NCBI RefSeq assembly: GCF_006345805.1
Contig: NC_043001.1
Location: forward strand, 95,232,001-95,296,000
Reading direction: 5' to 3'
Source of the DNA: Octopus sinensis
Lineage: Eukaryota
DNA length: 64,000 nucleotides
The notes under the pieces were generated by a model. It saw nothing but the letters and a program-made list of their open reading frames with translations. It was not told the origin of the DNA and made no database searches. This document shows, in pieces, positions 56,726 to 64,000 of this stretch (its first letter is position 1; every line of letters begins with the position of its first letter). Made by a program: the position numbers and the translations under genes.

Positions 56726-58094
56726 ATTTCCCTTATTTTGTTTGTGTCTCATTTTTTTCTCACGGGTGCCAGATGTCCGGTCGTCAACGACTAAACCGGT
56801 AATCCCACAGAGCTTGCTCTGTGAGGGGAATGTTTTTTTGTTTTTCATGGTATTTGGTTACCCTGCAGTATTAAATACAAGACCTGTCAAAGGGGCGGAT
56901 GAACTCTGAAGAGACAACAGCCATCCGAATACGCAAATGTTGTTACTGGTTATGCTACTTATTATACCTTACACTTTTAAGACAGCAGTGATACATAACA
57001 ACTTAGCTTCCTTGTGGCAATACACACTTTAGTGAAAGGCTTCGGGAGTAAATCCAGAAGATAAGTCAGGAGCAAAAGTCCCTAAAACCAGTTCGATGTT
57101 GTAGACAACCTCGTTCTGGCCACTCCTGGAACCCCACTGGTGTAAAGTCGTACAGGCCTCTGCCCTTCTCTTGGATAAGACTGGATGGCGTTGGAGACAA
57201 GAGACGTGGAAAGCAGCAGTCTACTAATTTTAAATTGGCCTAAGAGTAAAGCGCCAGGGGCTACTTTCCAAGGACGGAGAGGACATTGTGCCACATTGGA
57301 CAGCTACCGTACCTCTCAAGCTGGGCACACCCCAGCCAGTTAGGTGCTGTCACGTCACATGTTACTTATTCCACTCTTTCAGTGGAGCTTAGTGAAACTA
57401 ACATCCCGAATCGTGAGCCAAAATAGCCTTCTGTGAAATAACGAATAAACGAGACTGAAGTCCTGAATATCACATATTCCGACCATCATTACATCTTTCA
57501 TGTCGGTTATTCATCTCTTACCCACCCCTAACGTGTCCGCTATCAACGCAGTGTCACTATTTTAAAATTTTGATAACAAATATTTAATATCCTAGTAACA
57601 AAGATTAAACTGCAATCTGTGATTTCTAAGAACAAAATATGGTTATAAGATACTGCAATCAAATGTCCTGCCGCCTTTCTACCCGCAACCAATTGTACAA
57701 ACCACGTGCTCACAAAAGACATTGCAGCTTGCATCGAGATGTGGATGAGAGGCTAGATGTTTTTTTCTAGGCCTTGATCATACTTTGCGTCAGTTTATAT
57801 ATAGTAACGGTTAATTATTTCCTTGGTTTTAAATTGCTTCTAGCAAACTTCATTATTCTATAACTTTCACATTGCCATTTAGTAAAATCAGTTACTGATT
57901 CCAATAGCATTCTCCATAATATTGACAGGGTGAATTGGCCTCTACCATCTTTGATGGAGTCATGATTTCCTATACGAAACTAGCAAGATAATCAAATGTA
58001 TCTCTCACAGTGGGGAGAGTTTTCTCCCCTGTCAATGCAAACGGACTTTCACATGCTTCACAAACATAAAATGTTACGGGGAGATGGTCAATTA

Positions 58095-58307
58095 AAGTAA
58101 AGTTAAGTTCATTTTTTGGCTCAAAAATCAAAAAGCAAGGCCATGTAGGGGGACATGGAGTTATGTACAGGCAGGGTGTTCATGCAAAGAGTTCAGGCCA
58201 TTTCTGGTCAAGAGAGACTTTGAACCGAGCGGTCGTCGGCATTTTCACTATCTCGTCCGGCAGCGTATTCCACGAATCTACAACCCGGACGGAGAATGTA
58301 AAAACGG
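58095..58307 (-). mobile_element. CR1-type LINE 3' end
   Basis: FSVRVVDSWNTLPDEIVKMPTTARFKVSLDQKWPELFA* (CR1/L2 RVVxxWNxLP motif), short 3' UTR, AACTT-like tail repeats. Confidence 0.8.
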
Positions 58308-59061
58308 TTTGGTAGCGTTTAAATTAAATACATCTACCAAAACAGGTGTCGCATCTGTCATACCCTATATTCTCCCTTATTTCATATATATAGAGAGAAA
58401 GGAAGGGATATTTTATATGTCTAGCCAAGCGGTTATAATTATTTGCGTCTTTATCTCTATATGCATACATGCATATATATTTATATTAATAGATATACAT
58501 GCTCAAATACCTTCACACAGAGACACACGTCTATGTATATATACATATATACACAAATGTGAAAATATCTGTATAGAGATGGAACTATTATTAAAGTACA
58601 CCTTTTTAATATGAAATGAAGTGGACACTATTCATTGTTTACGCTATTCGTCCTTCTTATAATTATGTACAACAAATTGAGAATATATTGAATAATTTAT
58701 GTGTTCCCCAATTAATATCGAACGGTCGCTATAGTTCATATTCACAATAGTATATAATGATGGAGTTAATTGCTACTAGAATGATGACAATATAACTGCA
58801 AAAATAAAATTAATGGAACAAAAGAACAAAAAAAACATGATAAGCAATTAGACAATGTATGACATAGTCGTATATTCAAGGCACGGAATGAATCTATTCT
58901 AGACAAAGAATTGATTAAATACACTATTAACAATTAATCACTATTAAAATAATACGACAAAAGGAATGGTGAGTTTCACAAGGGTGACAATATTTCTTAA
59001 AAGTATACTCAATACATACACACACTTACACACGCTAACAGACACATATACACACATACTT

Positions 59062-59672
59062 ACACACAAATGCATACACAGGCATACACGCATACACACA
59101 TACAATTAGAATTTGTAAGAAAAATTTGATCAATTCTATAGAAATTGCGTTTTATTAATCATTTTACAAACAGGTTTTCAAACTTCAATATACGGATTCT
59201 GAATTACAATAGTAAGGTTTAGTCTTCTTGAATATTAGATAGAATCCAAGCGTGGAAATTTAATAATGAACCAATACGGGTATATGATTGAACACGGAAA
59301 GTATATATTTATGTTACACTTCGTTCACACTAGAATAAGTAAAACAGCTGAAAGTATAGCATAACACACAAATGTATACACACGCATACACGCATACACA
59401 CATACAAGTGGGTATATATTTAATTAGAATTTGTAAGAAACATTTGATCAATTCTACAGAAATTGTGTTTTATCAATCATTTTACAAACACGTTTTCAAA
59501 CCTCAATATAAGGATTTTGTATTACAATAGTGAAATTTAGCCTTCGTGAATTTTAGATAGAATCGAAGCGCGGAAATTTAATACTGAACCAATACGGGTA
59601 TATGATTGAACACGGAAAGTATATATTTATGTTACAATGCGTTCAGTAAACACAGCTGAAAATATAGCATAA
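59062..59672. repeat. Diverged tandem duplication (~300 bp unit, two copies)
   Basis: 59062-59363 versus 59364-59672, roughly 85-90% identical by eye. Confidence 0.9.
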
Positions 59673-60110
59673 CATATTTGGATATTGAAAGCTAACGAGA
59701 TCGATTTAGATAAATAAGCATCCTTGAAAGGAAAAATAAAAATCTGTACACATGGAAAATAATCAAAACATCTGGATGCAACATTTCTAGAATGCAAGTT
59801 CCAGAAGATATATGCGGACTTTTTTAAGAAATTTTATAATACTTGTTTCGACGTTCTGCACCAGGCCAGCAAAATTGGGGTAGGGACACAGTAAGTTGGT
59901 TACATCGAACCCATTGCACTACAAGTACTTATTGTGCCTACTTTAAAAATGTAATTCAATGTGGAAGAAACAAACAAATCTGCCCGCTTCCCGCCTTAAT
60001 AGATTTGAAAGTATCAGCTGAAGTCTCACTCAGTTATTTCTATATAAAGATTGCAACTCTCGGATAATCGTATATTTTTATGAAGGTATGTGAAATATAT
60101 ATATAATATA

Positions 60111-60288
60111 GGCGCAGGAGTGGCTGTGTGGTAAGTAGCTTGTTTACCAACCACATGGTTCCGGGTTCAGTCCCACTGCGTGGCACCTTGAGCGAGTGTC
60201 TTCTACTATAGCCTTGTGAGTGGATTTCGTAGACAGAAACTGAAAGAAGCCCGTCGTATATATGTATATATATATATATATATAATAT

Positions 60289-60336
<48 letters not shown>

Positions 60337-60575
60337 GTGTGTGTGTGTGTTGTGTGTGTGTGTATGCATGTATGTTTGTGTGTCTGTGTTTGTCCCCCTA
60401 GCATAGCTTAACAATCGATGCTGGTGTGTTTATGTCCCCGTCACCTAGCGGTTCGGCAAAAGAGACCGATAGAATAAGTACTAGGCTTACAAAAAATAAG
60501 CCCCGGGGTTGAGTTGCTCGATCAAAGGTGGTGCTCCAGCATGGCCGAAAAAACAAATAAAAGAAAGAGAAAGAG
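60111..60575 (+). mobile_element. SINE family A with expanded internal microsatellite
   Basis: Colinear with 9788-10180; small deletion between AGCC direct repeats. Confidence 0.9.
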
Positions 60576-61411
60576 ATATCCTTTCGGAGGTAAACGTGAA
60601 AATATCGTTTGGAATATTGTAGATGAAATTTTGGAAATGGCGTCTGCAAACATAGCTGAGTAAATGTGAGTAAATGTATTAGGATATTTAAAAAAAAATC
60701 TATATATATCCAGAATTGAGTGGCAACGAGAACAATTTTTACCTGAGGAATATGCTGTAAATGATGAAGTCTTTACAATGTCAAGAAATATAAGGAAACA
60801 CCATGATGAGCTTAACACATACGACCAGGGAAACAAGTTTCGATGTATATGCTATATAATAGGATAAGAATCCTTCGCTGATACTAAGTAAACGACTACG
60901 TCTCAATTCACATAAGTACAAGAGAACTGAAAATAGATATTATCTAACAGAAACCATTGTCACGTGATATGTGCAAATAAAATTCTTGAGAACCATAAAC
61001 ACCAGAATTAGATAATTTTTCAAGATCTTCCTGGTCATAAGACACGTTCGATCCATAAATAAACATATGCAGGTTCCCTTTATATATAAATGTGATTGTA
61101 AAATGACAAGCAATATACTGAAATACAGGAAAGAGAACACAAAAGCGTCAAACTCAACGCATACAATGCATTATTGTCAAAGAGTAGTCTTCATCTAAAC
61201 AGGTACTAAACCATGTGGAATTCATTTTTTTAAAGTATCGGAACAGAGACGAGTGTGATTGGAAAATGTAATAAAGGAAAGCTCACTCTGAAACAGTTCA
61301 CCAGAAGATAGGTTACACATTTTCACGAAAAATATACTGAGGATAAGGAATCTCCAACAACTTACAAATTTAAAAGCAACAATTCCAAAGAAATAATGAT
61401 ACTTATCGTCA

Positions 61412-61650
61412 CTTACTCTTTTACTCTTTTACTTGTTTCAGTCACGTAATTGTGGCCATGCTGGAGTCCCGCATTTAGTCGAGCAAATCAACCCCAGGAC
61501 TTATTCTTTATAAGCCTAGTACTTATTCTATGGGTCACTCTTGTCGAACTGCTAAGCTACGGGGACGTAAACTCACCAGAGATCGGTTGTCAAGCGATGT
61601 TGGGGGGACAAACACAGACACAAAAACACATACTCACACACACACACACA

Positions 61651-61708
<58 letters not shown>

Positions 61709-61879
61709 CAGATATAAGACGGGCTTCTTTCAGTTTCCGTCTACGAAATCCACTCACAAGGCTTTGGTCGGTACGAGGCTACAGTAGAAGACACTTGCCC
61801 AAGGTGACACACAGTGAGACTGAATCCATAACCGTGTGGTTCGTAAGCAAGCTACTTACCACACAGCCACTCCTACGCC
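61412..61879 (-). mobile_element. SINE family A, full length
   Basis: Reverse complement is colinear with 9788-10180. Confidence 0.9.
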
Positions 61880-62565
61880 TATTAATATAATACGCCTATA
61901 AATAAACTTATTTAAAATTATATCTTCAGATTTTCTATAGAAAGTAGAGCCAGCCCTGAAAGTAACGATTTTACATAAACAATACGATTCAAAGATAAAA
62001 AAAAGATATAAATAGGTGTATATGCATATTTCAGTATCTCTTGCCCCTTCTTCGGTAGAGATATTTATACATCAAGAAACATATAGCTTAAATTTGCTCC
62101 CAAATTTAAATAGGACATACTATTGACTTGTAAACTTATATATAATGGATAGTGTATTACACGTACATAACGTAATAAGGTCTCCCTAGCAGCAATCAAT
62201 ATGACGATAACAGTTACCAGGAATGTGTTTAACATATACGATTGGTGTATCGGCTTGTGTTACACTCTATGCCGTATGAATCAATGCTGCAGGGGAATGT
62301 TTACTGGGGAATATATATATTTATCTATCGAAGCGTATATATCCCACTCAGAATTTTCCCGTCCATTTCTCCCTGTTTGTATGATTTTGTTTATGTATCA
62401 CTGTCTAATTTTTTCTTCCTATCTCCATATATCCATATGGGTAAATGCACACACTCACACACACACGCGCGCGCGCATATATGTATATATTTATGTATGT
62501 GTGCATGTATATTTATATTTATAAATGTGTGTATGCGCGAGAATAAGTATATGTATATATATATA

Positions 62566-62629
<64 letters not shown>

Positions 62630-62700
62630 ATGTATATACATTGTGCATACATTGTGCATACATACATCTATACACACACACACAAGCTCTCTCTCTCTCT

Positions 62701-62797
<97 letters not shown>

Positions 62798-63698
62798 CAT
62801 ATATATGCATATATATATTTGGACATAGTTCAACTTACTTTTTCGTGATCAATAAAATTATATTAACTCTAATATGTGGTGACGCAACTCCTTAGACATT
62901 CTATGTACTTATCATAACAGATTATAATTACAAATATAATTATAAAAACACAAACTTAAATCAGAAATTCGTATCCATCCTCTAATTGTAAATACTTCAA
63001 TTATTGTTGTGTGCTTAACAAACAATGCACCTGTTTTATTCCCACAGAAATCATTCACATTTATTTTTTATCTGTGTCGTGGATTGTTTATTATATATCC
63101 TAAGCTTTATCCTTAATTCATACGAATACAATGTAGCTTGTTTTGTTATTACATCAAAGTATCGTTTTTAATTTTAATATATCATTTTAAGTTGTGTAAA
63201 TACGAATCACTTTGTGTCGGTGGCGAATAGGTTTCTCACAGCGCATCAGGTATTTCCATGTCAATGATGATTATGATGGTTATTATTTTCAAATACACTT
63301 TCAGTTTTATGCAAGCAATGTTACATAGAAACGATGTCATTTCCAATAAATACAATTTTCGAGCAAAGCTAGCCTTTTATTATAAATTCCCTAATATTCT
63401 TCTCAACGGTTCTGAACAGTTAATCGATTTCTCATGTTCCATTATTGCCTGGCAGTCTTTCTCAACTTTTTCACCGTTAAGAATATTTATCAGCGTGATC
63501 GCATATGTGAATGCATGTATGAATGTATGTATGCTTCTTTGTATGTTTGTATATATGCATGTACAAATATATGCATATACACACATATATAAGAATATTC
63601 ATATACACATATTTTTCTACATGAAGACATGTTTACACATATACAAAGATATATATATATTTATATGTATAGATATACATACACCTACACACACACAG

Positions 63699-63735
<37 letters not shown>

Positions 63736-64000
63736 AATGTACAACCATATATATGTGGGTGTGTGTTTGTATGTGTGTATGTTTGTGTGTGTATTGGTAT
63801 ACACATTCTTGATGGGAGACAAAGTAAAAGTAAATTGAAATAATCAGCTTATGAAATTATGTAATGGGATGTGAGAGACTGTGAGTGTAAGAGGATGTTA
63901 TTATGAGTCCGCTAGAGTGCACCCAATAATTTCATTGCATGGAAAGTTCCTAGTGCAGCGCATTAAAATTTCGTTCATTTCTTGTCAAACCAGAGAAATC

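Noticed and set aside
56780-57360. GC-richer segments resembling RTE-type LINE 5' UTRs, including the hairpin CACAGAGC-TT-GCTCTGTG (possible HDV-like ribozyme)
   Set aside because: I could not build the nested double pseudoknot or link it to an ORF; the resemblance is impressionistic
60590-60880. Protein-like frame ENIVWNIVDEILEM...IEWQREQFLPEEY...
   Set aside because: It is interrupted by two stops, the putative 54-bp intron is short with a weak acceptor, and no family is recognised

Overview
Very AT-rich, microsatellite-saturated eukaryotic DNA with no convincing host gene. It is most likely cephalopod (Octopus-like) intergenic or intronic sequence; this is inferred from the tRNA-derived SINE families and the density of (TA)n/(GATA)n tracts. 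Almost all supplied ORFs are microsatellite translations. Recognisable content: three SINE families, a full-length decayed mariner with TIRs and TA TSD, a rearranged mariner, an internally deleted pogo-type element, a Tc1-like remnant, three Dong/R4-type LINE pieces at (TAA)n tracts, CR1 and RTE-like fragments, and a Penelope GIY-YIG endonuclease remnant. The main discovery is a set of short non-coding palindromic elements in or beside (TA)n tracts. Their sequences are unrelated, but most share one architecture: inverted arms carrying a minimal type I hammerhead-ribozyme fold whose stem III is a different palindrome in each family. Two groups have non-canonical cores (CCGANGA; CUGUUGAA). They look like non-autonomous Penelope-like termini. 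All folds and alignments were done by eye, and coordinates of decayed elements are approximate.
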